DNA of 48,435 bases from Myxococcota bacterium. GTDB lineage: Bacteria; Myxococcota_A; UBA9160; UBA4427. The stretch lies in NCBI GenBank assembly GCA_036336835.1, contig JAYZFK010000049.1:1-48435 (forward strand), read 5' to 3'. The notes beneath the pieces are model-generated. The model was not told the origin of the DNA. It was given only the letters and a program-made list of their open reading frames with translations, and searched no databases. The translations under genes and the position numbers were made by a program. This document shows positions 27,495-36,920 of this stretch, one piece after another; the stretch's first letter is position 1, and each line of letters starts with the position of its first letter.

Positions 27495-30400
27495 TCACTC
27501 CGCGATGTCGAATTCGACGCGGGGCGGGATGGTGTTCAGGCCCAGGTGCCCGGCTGCCCAGATCAGTGCGTAGTGCACGACGGGAATCATGACGAGGGTG
27601 AAGACCGTCGAGAAGAAGAGCCCGCCGACGATCGCCGCGCCGATGGCCTGGCGGCTCTCGGCGCCGGCGCCGCTGGCCAGGGCCAGGGGCAGTGCGCCCA
27701 GGATCGAGGTGGCACTGGTCATCAGGATCGGCCGGAAGCGCGTTCGGCCCGCCGCCCGCAGCGCTTCGAGCAGCGCGCTACCGCGGGCTCGTTCCTGATT
27801 GGCGAAGTCCACCAGCAGGATCGCGTTCTTGGTCACGATCCCCACCAGCAAGATGATGCCGATCTGGCTGTAGAGGTTGAGCGTCATCCCCAGGACTGCG
27901 AGCGTCAGGAGCGCGCCCAGAGCGGCAAGGGGCACGCTGACTAGCACGGTAAGGGGGTGGACGAAGCTCTCGAACTGAGCCGCCAGTACCAGATAGATCA
28001 CCAGCATCGCGATGACGAATGTCACCAGGACCTGCGTCGAGGACTCGGCGAACTCCCGCGAGGCGCCGGCGAGCACCGAGGTGAAACCGGCGTCCGGGCG
28101 CGAGCTGATTGCCTCGGCGACGACCTGTTGCACCGCCGCGAGCTCCGTCCCCAGGGCGGCCCCCCCGGCCAGGCTCGCGGTGATGCGCGCCGAGCGCTGC
28201 AGGTCGTAGTGGTTGAGCGCGGTGGGCCCGATCGAGGGCACTGTCTCGATCAGGCTCGAGAGCGGCACCATGGCTCCCGAGCGCGAGCGCACGTGCACCT
28301 CGCCCAGGTGATCCGGGACACTGCGAAACGGTGATGCCAGCGCCATGATCACGTCGTACTGCTTGTTGCGCAGCACGAACTCGTCGGCCGGGGCCTGGGC
28401 AATCAGCAGGCGCAGGCTCTCGGAGACCGCAGAGATCGGCACGCCCACGTCCGCCGCCGCCTCGCGGTCGAAGATCACCTCGAGCTCAGGATTGGTGAGG
28501 CGTAGATCGCTGTCCACGTTGACGAGCGAGGGCCGGTCCCGCAGCCGCGACAGGATCGGCGCGAGCACGGCATCGAATTCGTCGAGGCTGGCCCCCGAGC
28601 TCTTGACCACGACGTCGATGTCACCGGTGGTTCGGTTCGAGAGCGATGCTGGGTTCAGGGCGAAGACCAGGGCCTGGGGAATGCGCTGGTACTTGCGCTG
28701 CAGCTGCCGGACGATCGCCTGCTGCTTCACTGTGCGCTCGCTCCAGTGCCGCAACCCGCTGAAGATGGCGGCCGCCGACGAGCTGGCGGGGCCTCCGACG
28801 GGCAAGCCCACGGCCGCGAAGAAGCGCGTGACCTCGGGCTCTGCGAACAGGTGTTTCTCCACCTCCAGCACGACCTCTCGCGTGTAGGCCGAGGTCGCAC
28901 CCTCGGGTGCCCGAATGAAGGTGTAGACGCGGCCCCGGTCCTCGACCGGCAGAAAGGTCTGCGGGATCCCGGCGTAGAGAAGCGCGATGGCGATCACCAC
29001 TCCGCCGAGTCCCGCACCCACCAGGCCGCGGTGCCGGAGCGCGGTGTCCAGGGCGCGCTGGTAGAACGTTGCGCTGGCGTTCAGGGCCCGCTCGATGCGG
29101 GTCCCGAGGCCGCCCGGCTGCCCCTGCACGCGGAGGAAGAGCGCGCACAGGCTGGGCACCAGCGTGAGTGCCACGAAGGTAGAGATCCCGACTGCGGTAG
29201 CGAGCGTCAGTGCGAACTCCCGGAACAGGCGCCCCGTGTCCCCGGTCATCAGCGAGAGCGGGATCAGGACGGCAATCACTGCCGCCGTCGTGGCCAACAC
29301 CGGGAACCCGACTTCCCTGGAACCGTTGCGTGCCGCGACCAGGGGCCCCTCGCCGAGCTGCTGGCGCCGATAGATGTTCTCCATCACGACGACCGAGTCG
29401 TCGGCCAGCAGGCCAATGGACAGAACCAGAGCCAGCAGGGTGAGGATGTTGATGGAGAAGCCGAGCAGCTCGAGCCCGGCGAAGGTCCCGACCAGCGCCA
29501 CCGGAATGGCCACCACGGTGATGGTCGTGGCCCGGAGCGAGTGGAGGAAGAAGAGATTCACCAGAATGACGACGACCGAGGCGATGGCCAGGGTCTGCCA
29601 CACCTGCTTGAGGGCCTCCTGGACGAAGAGGGTGAAGTCGACGGAGACTTTGAGCTCGACGCCCTCCGGCAGGCCCTGGCGGATTTCCGGCAGCAGTGCA
29701 CGGACCGCGCGCGTGATGGCGATCTCGTTCGAGCGGGACTGCTTGAGCACGCCCACGCTCACGATGGGCTCTCCGGTCTGGCGGGTGATGGTCTGGTATT
29801 CCGCTGAGCCGAGCTCCACCCACCCCACGTCCCCAATGCGCACCGGGCGCTCGTCGTCCTCGCGAATCACGATGGCCTCGTAGGCCTCCGGGCTCGCCAG
29901 GCCGGCATCGGCGTTGATCGTGAACTTGCGGGCCGCGGCCTCGAGCTCGCCGGCGGGCAGCTGGAGATTGTTCTGCCGGATGGCGCGCCGCACGTCGAAG
30001 GCGTCCACCCCCCGCGCCGCCATGCGCGCAGGATCGAGCCACACGCGCATGGCATAGCGGCGCCCGCCTCCGATGATCGCCTGCGCCACGCCGGGGAGCA
30101 CCTGCAGTGGAGGCCGGACCACCCGCTCGGCGATGTCCGTGAGGTCGACCGACGAGAAGTTCTCTCCCGAGACCTGGGCGAACATCACGGGGAAGCTGTT
30201 TGCCAGGGTCTTGTAGACGACGGGTCGCTTGGCCTCTTCCGGGAGCTCGCCCAGCGCGCGTTGCACCGCGTTGGAGACATCTGTCGCCGCCACGTCGAGG
30301 TCGCGTCCGGCGAAGAACTCGACATCGATGGAGCTCACTCCGAAGGAGCTGGCCGAGCGGATGCTGCGCACGCCCTCGATGCCGTAGAGCACCTGCTCCA

Positions 30401-30599
30401 GGGGCTCGGTGACGGTGGCCTCCACTGTCTCCGGACTCGCTCCCGGATAGGGCGTCCCCGCTGAGACCACGGGCACGTCGACGTCGGGGAACTCGCGCAG
30501 GGGAAGGCCCAGGAACGAAGCGCCGCCGGCTACCAGGATCAGCAGGCTCATCACCGTCGCCAGCACCGGGCGCTCGATGGAGAGCTCTGAGAGCTTCAC
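27495..30599 (-). CDS. RND efflux permease (AcrB/MdtB-like)
   Basis: 1034 aa. SIERPV, REFPDV, GLLADDSVVV (TM4 Asp pair), GIVTKNAIL, RFRPILMTS. Confidence 0.95.
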   Translation of the reverse strand: MKLSELSIERPVLATVMSLLILVAGGASFLGLPLREFPDVDVPVVSAGTPYPGASPETVEATVTEPLEQVLYGIEGVRSIRSASSFGVSSIDVEFFAGRDLDVAATDVSNAVQRALGELPEEAKRPVVYKTLANSFPVMFAQVSGENFSSVDLTDIAERVVRPPLQVLPGVAQAIIGGGRRYAMRVWLDPARMAARGVDAFDVRRAIRQNNLQLPAGELEAAARKFTINADAGLASPEAYEAIVIREDDERPVRIGDVGWVELGSAEYQTITRQTGEPIVSVGVLKQSRSNEIAITRAVRALLPEIRQGLPEGVELKVSVDFTLFVQEALKQVWQTLAIASVVVILVNLFFLHSLRATTITVVAIPVALVGTFAGLELLGFSINILTLLALVLSIGLLADDSVVVMENIYRRQQLGEGPLVAARNGSREVGFPVLATTAAVIAVLIPLSLMTGDTGRLFREFALTLATAVGISTFVALTLVPSLCALFLRVQGQPGGLGTRIERALNASATFYQRALDTALRHRGLVGAGLGGVVIAIALLYAGIPQTFLPVEDRGRVYTFIRAPEGATSAYTREVVLEVEKHLFAEPEVTRFFAAVGLPVGGPASSSAAAIFSGLRHWSERTVKQQAIVRQLQRKYQRIPQALVFALNPASLSNRTTGDIDVVVKSSGASLDEFDAVLAPILSRLRDRPSLVNVDSDLRLTNPELEVIFDREAAADVGVPISAVSESLRLLIAQAPADEFVLRNKQYDVIMALASPFRSVPDHLGEVHVRSRSGAMVPLSSLIETVPSIGPTALNHYDLQRSARITASLAGGAALGTELAAVQQVVAEAISSRPDAGFTSVLAGASREFAESSTQVLVTFVIAMLVIYLVLAAQFESFVHPLTVLVSVPLAALGALLTLAVLGMTLNLYSQIGIILLVGIVTKNAILLVDFANQERARGSALLEALRAAGRTRFRPILMTSATSILGALPLALASGAGAESRQAIGAAIVGGLFFSTVFTLVMIPVVHYALIWAAGHLGLNTIPPRVEFDIAE

Positions 30600-31762
30600 C
30601 GGGTCATCTCAAAGGTGCACTCCGAGGCCGGCCCGTAGCGGCCGAGGTCGAGGTTCCGGTTGGTGGTGGGCGTATAGGGCTCGGGCTCGGCGGCAGCCCC
30701 GTGGTGCAGCCGCTGCTGGCCCGCCACCACGATGGTCTGCCCGGGGGCCAGGCCACTCGTGACGTGGACCCCGTCCACGAAGAACTCGCCCAGGCTCACC
30801 GCGTGTTGCTGCGCCACGTTGTTCGCGTCGAGGCTGAACACGATGTGCCGGGTGCCCTGGCGGACGATGGCCTCCTGGGGCACGAGCAGCGCGTCGGGCA
30901 GCTCGCCCACCTGGATCCGAACGCGTGCGGACATGCCGGGTCGGAGCGTTCCCTGCGGGTTCGGCACGCGGGCGCGGAGCTGGACGGTACGCGTATTCGG
31001 ATCCACGCGCGGGTCGATCGCCACCACCCGAGCCTCGAAGCGCACGCCGCACAGCCCGATCATGCCGAGCACGACCTGGTCTACCGCCAGCTCGCCGGAG
31101 TGACGCTGGGGCAGGTGGAAGTCGAGCTCCAGAGGATCGACGCGCGTGATCTCGACGATGCGGTCGCCGGGCTCGAGGTACTGGCCCAGGCTGATCAGAC
31201 GCAGACCCAGGACACCGGAGAAGGGCGCGCGAATCACGGTCTTGGCCAGGCGTGTCTCGGCCTGCTGCAGCACTCCCTGGGCCGCCTTGAACAGCGCGAG
31301 CGCGTCCTCGTAGGCCTGCTCCGAGCTCACGCTCTTGGTCCGCAGCCTCTCGAAGCGCAGCAGGCGTTCCTGCGCATTCGTGTGGCGGGCTCGCGCTACG
31401 GCGACCGCTGCCGTCGCTTCTGCGTCGTCCACCCGAGCGACCGGGTGGCCGGCCTCAACGAGCCGGCCCTCGGGAATGTCGAAGCCATCGACCGTGCCCG
31501 AGACCTCGCTCGCGATGGTGGTCATCTCGGCGCTCCGCAGCGAGGCGACGGCCGAAAGCGTGCGCTTGAGCAGACCCGCTTCGACCGTCACGACCTGCAC
31601 CACGGTGGCCGCACGGCTGGTTTGGATTTCGCCGCCGGACTCGCTGCAGGCCACACACAGCAAGAGCAAGGCCGCCCATCGGGCAGCGCGCTCCGGCACC
31701 AGGCATGGCGGGGAGACCGCAGGATCCAGCCGGCGGTGATCGCTCGCTCTAGTCGGCTGCAT
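30596..31762 (-). CDS. RND periplasmic adaptor (membrane fusion protein)
   Basis: Lipobox-like CVACS, IRAPFSG, IDPRVDPNTRT, LRPGMSA, VPQEAI. Start uncertain. Confidence 0.92.
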   Translation of the reverse strand: MQPTRASDHRRLDPAVSPPCLVPERAARWAALLLLCVACSESGGEIQTSRAATVVQVVTVEAGLLKRTLSAVASLRSAEMTTIASEVSGTVDGFDIPEGRLVEAGHPVARVDDAEATAAVAVARARHTNAQERLLRFERLRTKSVSSEQAYEDALALFKAAQGVLQQAETRLAKTVIRAPFSGVLGLRLISLGQYLEPGDRIVEITRVDPLELDFHLPQRHSGELAVDQVVLGMIGLCGVRFEARVVAIDPRVDPNTRTVQLRARVPNPQGTLRPGMSARVRIQVGELPDALLVPQEAIVRQGTRHIVFSLDANNVAQQHAVSLGEFFVDGVHVTSGLAPGQTIVVAGQQRLHHGAAAEPEPYTPTTNRNLDLGRYGPASECTFEMTR

Positions 31763-33227
31763 CCCTGCCACGCGGTGCGACTTCGTAGGCGTTCGTGTCG
31801 AGGGTCGCGACCTGATTCTTGAAGGTAGTCATGGAGTGCGGCCACTGGGTGACGACGCGACCGCTCGGCGATCGGTAGTAGCCGTTGCAGCCCGCCTGCC
31901 AGGGCTCGATGCCTTCGATGTCTTGCTGGATCTTGACGTTGTAGGCCGCCATCGGCTCGGGCTTGACGTCCACCCACGCCAGGTTCTCGCTGGCGATGCG
32001 TTGGATGTGTTGCAACGCGTGCTCCACCTGGTACTCGATCATGGTGATGATCGATCCGTTGTTGGTGTTCGGCCCGTAGAGCATAAAGAGGTTGGGAAAG
32101 CCCGCGGTCGTGACCCCCAGGTAGGCCTGCGCACCGTCTTGCCACGCCTCTTCGATGTCCAGCCCGCCCCGACCGGCGACATCGAGCGCCGACAGGTACT
32201 TCGTCGTCGCAAAGCCAGTCGCGAGGATCAGCGTGTCGACCTCGCGCTCGGTGCCATCGACGGTGACGACGGAGGTCGGAGTGATGCGGTCGATCGGGTC
32301 GGTCACCAGCTCGAGGTTCGGCCGGTTGAACGCCGGGTAGTAGAAGTTCGAGAAGAGCGGCCGCTTGCAGCCCCAGGGATGATCGGGCACGAGCCTTGCC
32401 CGGATCTCGGGATCCTCGACGGCGTCGATCTGGGCCAGCACCTCCGCTTCCATCCCGGCGCGTACCTTCGCATCGGTGAATGCGGTCCCGTTGTCGATCG
32501 TGTCGAAGATCTCTCGCCGGATGGCCAGGGCTGCATCGGGGTTCTTGCGGCGGTGCTCGAGCTGCTCTTCCGTGTAGGGATCGTCTTCCTTCGGCAGCAC
32601 CCAGTTGGCCGTCCGCTGGAAGAGATGGATCTGACCGGCCTGCTCCGCGATCTCGGGCACGAACTGGACAGCGCTCGCGGCGCTTCCGATCACGGCGACC
32701 GTCTCCCCGGAGAGGTCGTGGTCCCAGTTCCAGCGCGCCGAGTGGAAGCTCGTCCTGGCGAAGGAGTCGAGCCCTTCGATCTCGGGGTCGGGGATGTCGT
32801 TGAACATGCCGATCGCGCTGACGACCACGTCCGCTTCGGTCGTTTCGCCCGACTCGTGCTCGAGCGTCCAGCGCGCGGCCTCGTCGTTCCAGGCTGCGCG
32901 GCGGACGGCTTCGTTGAATCGGCAGTGGGGGAGCAGGCCGTACTTGTCGGCGCAGTGCCTCATGTACGTCAGGATTTCCGGTTGGCGGGCGTAGGGCTTC
33001 GACCAGTCGGTCTTGATTTCGAACGAGAATGAGTAGAGGTGCGACGGAATGTCGCACTCGCAGCCCGGGTAGCGGTTGCGGTACCAGGTGCCGCCGACCC
33101 CGGCACTCTTCTCGAGGATGACGAAGTCATCGAAGCCGGCCTGCTTGAGCCGGATGGCCATGCAGATCCCGCCGGGTCCCGCTCCCACGATCGCGATCCG
33201 CAGTCTTCGGGTTCCGTTGTCCCTCAC
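31749..33227 (-). CDS. Baeyer-Villiger / flavin-containing monooxygenase
   Basis: IVGAGPGG, GGTWYRNRYPG.ECD, fingerprint SFHSARW, VIGSAASA, LATGF. AGGAG RBS before GTG 33227. Confidence 0.92.
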   Translation of the reverse strand: MRDNGTRRLRIAIVGAGPGGICMAIRLKQAGFDDFVILEKSAGVGGTWYRNRYPGCECDIPSHLYSFSFEIKTDWSKPYARQPEILTYMRHCADKYGLLPHCRFNEAVRRAAWNDEAARWTLEHESGETTEADVVVSAIGMFNDIPDPEIEGLDSFARTSFHSARWNWDHDLSGETVAVIGSAASAVQFVPEIAEQAGQIHLFQRTANWVLPKEDDPYTEEQLEHRRKNPDAALAIRREIFDTIDNGTAFTDAKVRAGMEAEVLAQIDAVEDPEIRARLVPDHPWGCKRPLFSNFYYPAFNRPNLELVTDPIDRITPTSVVTVDGTEREVDTLILATGFATTKYLSALDVAGRGGLDIEEAWQDGAQAYLGVTTAGFPNLFMLYGPNTNNGSIITMIEYQVEHALQHIQRIASENLAWVDVKPEPMAAYNVKIQQDIEGIEPWQAGCNGYYRSPSGRVVTQWPHSMTTFKNQVATLDTNAYEVAPRGRDAAD

Positions 33228-33628
33228 ACTCGTCTGCTCCTGCCCGGCCGTCCGGCCAGCCCCACGGCGTTCTCGACGGCCGTGCCTGCGGGCCAATCCG
33301 GGTTGGGTCCTCTCATCGAGGATGCGCATTGTCGCACGTTGAGCGACCTCTTTTCATTCGCAGATGACACGTCGATCTCGGGTGGGTCGAGCCACGTTCG
33401 CACGAGACCCGGCGCGCTGGCCCTGGCGCGATCCAGGCGCGGCAGGTTGGGGAGCCGCGTCGTCCCCGCGCCAATCGTTAGTCGAAGCCCCTCGGACGCA
33501 GCGCGTGCAGAGTCGCTGCCGCGGTGCTTCATGCGGGCCGCGGCACCTCGGCCAGGGCCCCGCGGCCGATTCTAGACCAGCGGCCGCCGGCTCGGGTTAC
33601 CATGGTCGCCGGAAGCAGAGGAGGCGAG

Positions 33629-34588
33629 ATGAAGCTGTGGGACGACGAGCTGGAGAGCTACCGCGAGGAGGCTCGTAGCCTGCTCGCGTACTTGCCCGAT
33701 ATCTGGCCCGAGAACCTGCCCGCCGATCCCGTCGAGCGCGCAGTCGCTCAGCGCGAGTCGATGCGCAACGCGGCGCCGCCGCAGCTCTCGGAGCGCGCGG
33801 AGCAGGGCTCGATCCCGGGGCCTGCTGGCGACATTCCGGTCCGCATCTTCCGCCCGGATGGTCGTGCCAGGGGTCTGTATCTGCACCTCCACGGCGGCGG
33901 CTGGATCCTCGGCGATCCGACCATGGGCGACCTCGGCAACGAGCACCTCGCGAGCGATTTCGGTTTGGCTGTCGTGAGCGTCGACTACCGCCTGGCGCCC
34001 GAGCACCCGTACCCGGCGGCACCCGACGATTGCGAGGCCAGCGCCCGCTGGCTGCTCGAGAAGGGGCTCTCGGAGTTCGGCGCGGAGAAGCTGTTCATCG
34101 GCGGCGAGTCTGCCGGCGGTCATCTCAGCCTGGTGACCGCCCTGCGCGTGCGCGACCGTCTCGGTGCGATCGACCGCTTGTTGGGCCTGAATCTCGTGTT
34201 TGGCTGGTACGACGTGAACGGCACACCGAGCCAGCGCGGCAACGGCGGGCACAAGGACATGCTCGATCCCGAAGGGCTGCGCTTCATGGTGGACTGCTTC
34301 ACGCCGGGCCTGTCCGACGACGAGCGGCGCGCCCCGGACATCTCGCCGCTGTTCGCCGACCTGTCGGGTCTGCCCCCGTGTCTCGTGAGCGTCGGTGGCT
34401 ACGACCACCTCCGCGACGATTCGCTCTTCCTGGCCCCGCGCCTGGCGGCGGCCGGCGTCGCTACCGAGCTCGCCGTCTACCCGGACTCGCCCCACGGATT
34501 CATGGCGCTGCCGACGGAGATGGCGAAGGCGCACGCGCGGCGACTCGACGCGTGGATCGGCGGCACGCTCGATCGGGCTGGCGCCTAA
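33629..34588 (+). CDS. Alpha/beta hydrolase, HSL (family IV esterase) type
   Basis: HGGGW, VDYRLAPEHPYPA, GESAG, DHLRD, HGF. GAGGAGG RBS. Confidence 0.93.
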   Translation: MKLWDDELESYREEARSLLAYLPDIWPENLPADPVERAVAQRESMRNAAPPQLSERAEQGSIPGPAGDIPVRIFRPDGRARGLYLHLHGGGWILGDPTMGDLGNEHLASDFGLAVVSVDYRLAPEHPYPAAPDDCEASARWLLEKGLSEFGAEKLFIGGESAGGHLSLVTALRVRDRLGAIDRLLGLNLVFGWYDVNGTPSQRGNGGHKDMLDPEGLRFMVDCFTPGLSDDERRAPDISPLFADLSGLPPCLVSVGGYDHLRDDSLFLAPRLAAAGVATELAVYPDSPHGFMALPTEMAKAHARRLDAWIGGTLDRAGA

Positions 34589-34592
34589 GCAG

Positions 34593-35948
34593 GTGTCAGA
34601 GGCCCCCGCCGCGGCTGCACCCTCGGGCCGCTACTCGCGCTACGTCCTGCTGCTGATCGTGTTGGTCATGCTCCTCAACACGGTCGACCGCCACATCGTG
34701 GCGATCCTCGTGGACGACATCAAGCGCGACCTCTCGTTGAGCGACCGCCAGCTCGGCTGGATCCTCGGGCCGTCGTTCACCCTGGTGTACGCGATCTCGG
34801 TCTTTCCGCTCGCACGCTGGGCGGATCGCGGTGTCCGTCGCAGCATCATCGCGCTCGGCCTGGCTCTGTGGAGCGTGTTCACGGTTCTGACGGCGGGCGT
34901 ACAGAGCTTCGGCCAGATGTTTGCGATGCGGATGGGCGTGGGGGTCGGCGAAGCCAGTGCAAGCCCGGCGGCGCAATCGCTGATCTCGGACACCGTGCCG
35001 ACGGAGCAGCGCGGCCGGGGCCTCTCGATGTTGTCGCTCGGCGCGGTGCTGGGGCTCGCGGTCGGCATGGCGGGGGGCGGCTGGATCAACGAGCTGTGGG
35101 GCTGGCGAGTAGCGTTCGTGATCGCCGGTGTTCCGGGCTTCGTGCTCGCGCTGGTCTTTCGGCTGACCATTCGCGAGCCCGCGCGCGGGGCGATCGAGGG
35201 GCGCGACGCCGCGCGCGAGAAGAGCGGAAGCTGGCTCGAGGATTGCCGCTACCTGCTCTCGTTGCCGTCGATGCGCTGGCTGCTCGTCGCGCACGCGCTG
35301 GCGCTCCTCTACACCACCGGAAAGGGAGCGTGGGAGCCGACGTTCATTCGGCGCGTCTACGAGATGGGGTCGGCTGAGGCCGGGACTTGGTACTTCCTGA
35401 CCAGCCCGCTGCCCGGGGCACTCGGCATCTTCCTGGGCGGCTGGCTCTGCGACCGCTGGAGCCGGCGCGATCAGCGCGCTCACTTGTGGGTGCCGGTCCT
35501 GAGTACGCTGGGGGCGTCGCCCTTCCTGCTGGCCTTTCTGCTGTGGCCGGAGCAGCACCGGATCGCGCTCCCGCTGGGCCTGCCGCCGATGCCAGTCGCC
35601 TTCTTGTTCAGTATCGCGGGCTCCGTCGTGGGCGCGATGCACAGCGCCCCATTCCTTGCGGCGGTCCAGGGCCTCGCGCGGCTGCGCATGCGCGCCTCGG
35701 CTGCGGCCTTGTTCTCGCTGACCGGCTCGGGGATCGGCAGCGGCATCGGACCGCTGATCATCGGCGACCTGAACATGCGGTTCGCAGCCGCCTACGGAGA
35801 CCAGGCGGTGCGCTGGTCGCTCGTCTGGTTGACGCTCGCATTCGTTCTCACCGCCGTTGCGTGCGTGCTCGCAGCGCGCAGCTTCCGGCAAGACCTCGCG
35901 CGAGCTCGAGTGCAGACGCCCGTCGGTCCGGACCCGGCGACCGGCTAG
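34593..35948 (+). CDS. MFS transporter (spinster-like)
   Basis: NTVDRHI...IKRDLSLSDRQLG, ARWADR, RMGVGVGEA, REPARG. Confidence 0.92.
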   Translation: MSEAPAAAAPSGRYSRYVLLLIVLVMLLNTVDRHIVAILVDDIKRDLSLSDRQLGWILGPSFTLVYAISVFPLARWADRGVRRSIIALGLALWSVFTVLTAGVQSFGQMFAMRMGVGVGEASASPAAQSLISDTVPTEQRGRGLSMLSLGAVLGLAVGMAGGGWINELWGWRVAFVIAGVPGFVLALVFRLTIREPARGAIEGRDAAREKSGSWLEDCRYLLSLPSMRWLLVAHALALLYTTGKGAWEPTFIRRVYEMGSAEAGTWYFLTSPLPGALGIFLGGWLCDRWSRRDQRAHLWVPVLSTLGASPFLLAFLLWPEQHRIALPLGLPPMPVAFLFSIAGSVVGAMHSAPFLAAVQGLARLRMRASAAALFSLTGSGIGSGIGPLIIGDLNMRFAAAYGDQAVRWSLVWLTLAFVLTAVACVLAARSFRQDLARARVQTPVGPDPATG

Positions 35949-36338
35949 TCCGAATCTGCCGCTTGCTTGCGCGTCGCAGCGGTGCCGCGCGTGTGACGGG
36001 CAGCGGCGCGCGGTTCCTGTCTTGCGCCCCCGGCCACCGTCCGCTGCGAGCGGACCCGCAGGCATCTCCACCGGAGTCGTGGTGCTGCGGTCGAGTCGGC
36101 AGCCCTTCCGAAGTCGGCGTGTGTTCGGAACGCGCGGGTGGTGCGCCCCGTAGGTGTAAAGCCGCGTCGCCGCCCAGACGAAGAGGGCCTGCAACGCTGG
36201 TACGGGCCGGCCTCGACATGTGTGCTTCCAGTACCTGCCGTTTCGGCGCGTCTTGGTTGCCGTGTCGCCGGTCACTCGCGGGGGGGGCATAGCGCTCCGA
36301 AGAACCTCGCGAGGGACGCCAGCCGGAGGAATCCAACC

Positions 36339-36917
36339 GTGATCGAGCTTCTTGCCGTGTCACCGAAGAATCGGGGGCGGGGTCCCCTGAGCTCTCGTGT
36401 GTGCGGCGCGATCGGGATTGCAGTCGTGGTGGCGCTCGCCGCGGCGGGCATCGCGCACGCTGCCGAGGATGATGTTATGCAGGGCCTGGACGAGCAGGTC
36501 CAGGAGATCAAGTCCGACGTACTCGCGATTGCCGCCGAGCTGCGTCAGCTCGAAGAGAAGCTGCTCTATCCCTCCGACACGCAGGTCGCGGTCTTCGTGT
36601 CGCTTGCCGAGGGCGATCCGCTGGACCTCGATTCGGTCCGCATCCAGATCGACGACCAGCCGGTCGCGCACCACATCTACAGCTTCAAGGAGCTCGGAGC
36701 GCTGCGCAAAGGCGGGGTGCAGCGGATCTACAGCGGTAACCTGCAGACGGGCGACCATCGTATCGAGGTGTCGGTCGCGGGCACGCTGCCCGGTGGCACC
36801 GAGCTCGACCGGACCGAGAGCTTCACATTCCGCAAGGACGTGGAGCCCAGGGTCGTCGGCCTGGTCCTCGCCGGTCAGGCGTCCAGCGACGCCCAGATCC
36901 AGCTCGGAGACTGGTAG
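36339..36917 (+). CDS. Secreted hypothetical protein, first gene of the Agl-Glt-like operon
   Basis: GGAGG RBS and GTG. Signal peptide ending AHA-A, short coiled coil (LDEQVQEIKSDVLAIAAELRQLEEKL), then a beta-rich domain. Confidence 0.8.
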   Translation: MIELLAVSPKNRGRGPLSSRVCGAIGIAVVVALAAAGIAHAAEDDVMQGLDEQVQEIKSDVLAIAAELRQLEEKLLYPSDTQVAVFVSLAEGDPLDLDSVRIQIDDQPVAHHIYSFKELGALRKGGVQRIYSGNLQTGDHRIEVSVAGTLPGGTELDRTESFTFRKDVEPRVVGLVLAGQASSDAQIQLGDW

Positions 36918-36920
36918 GTC

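Noticed and set aside
35949..36338. 390-bp intergenic region searched for a second riboswitch or sigma54 promoter
   Set aside because: No GEMM core and no convincing sigma54 -24/-12 consensus was found by eye.
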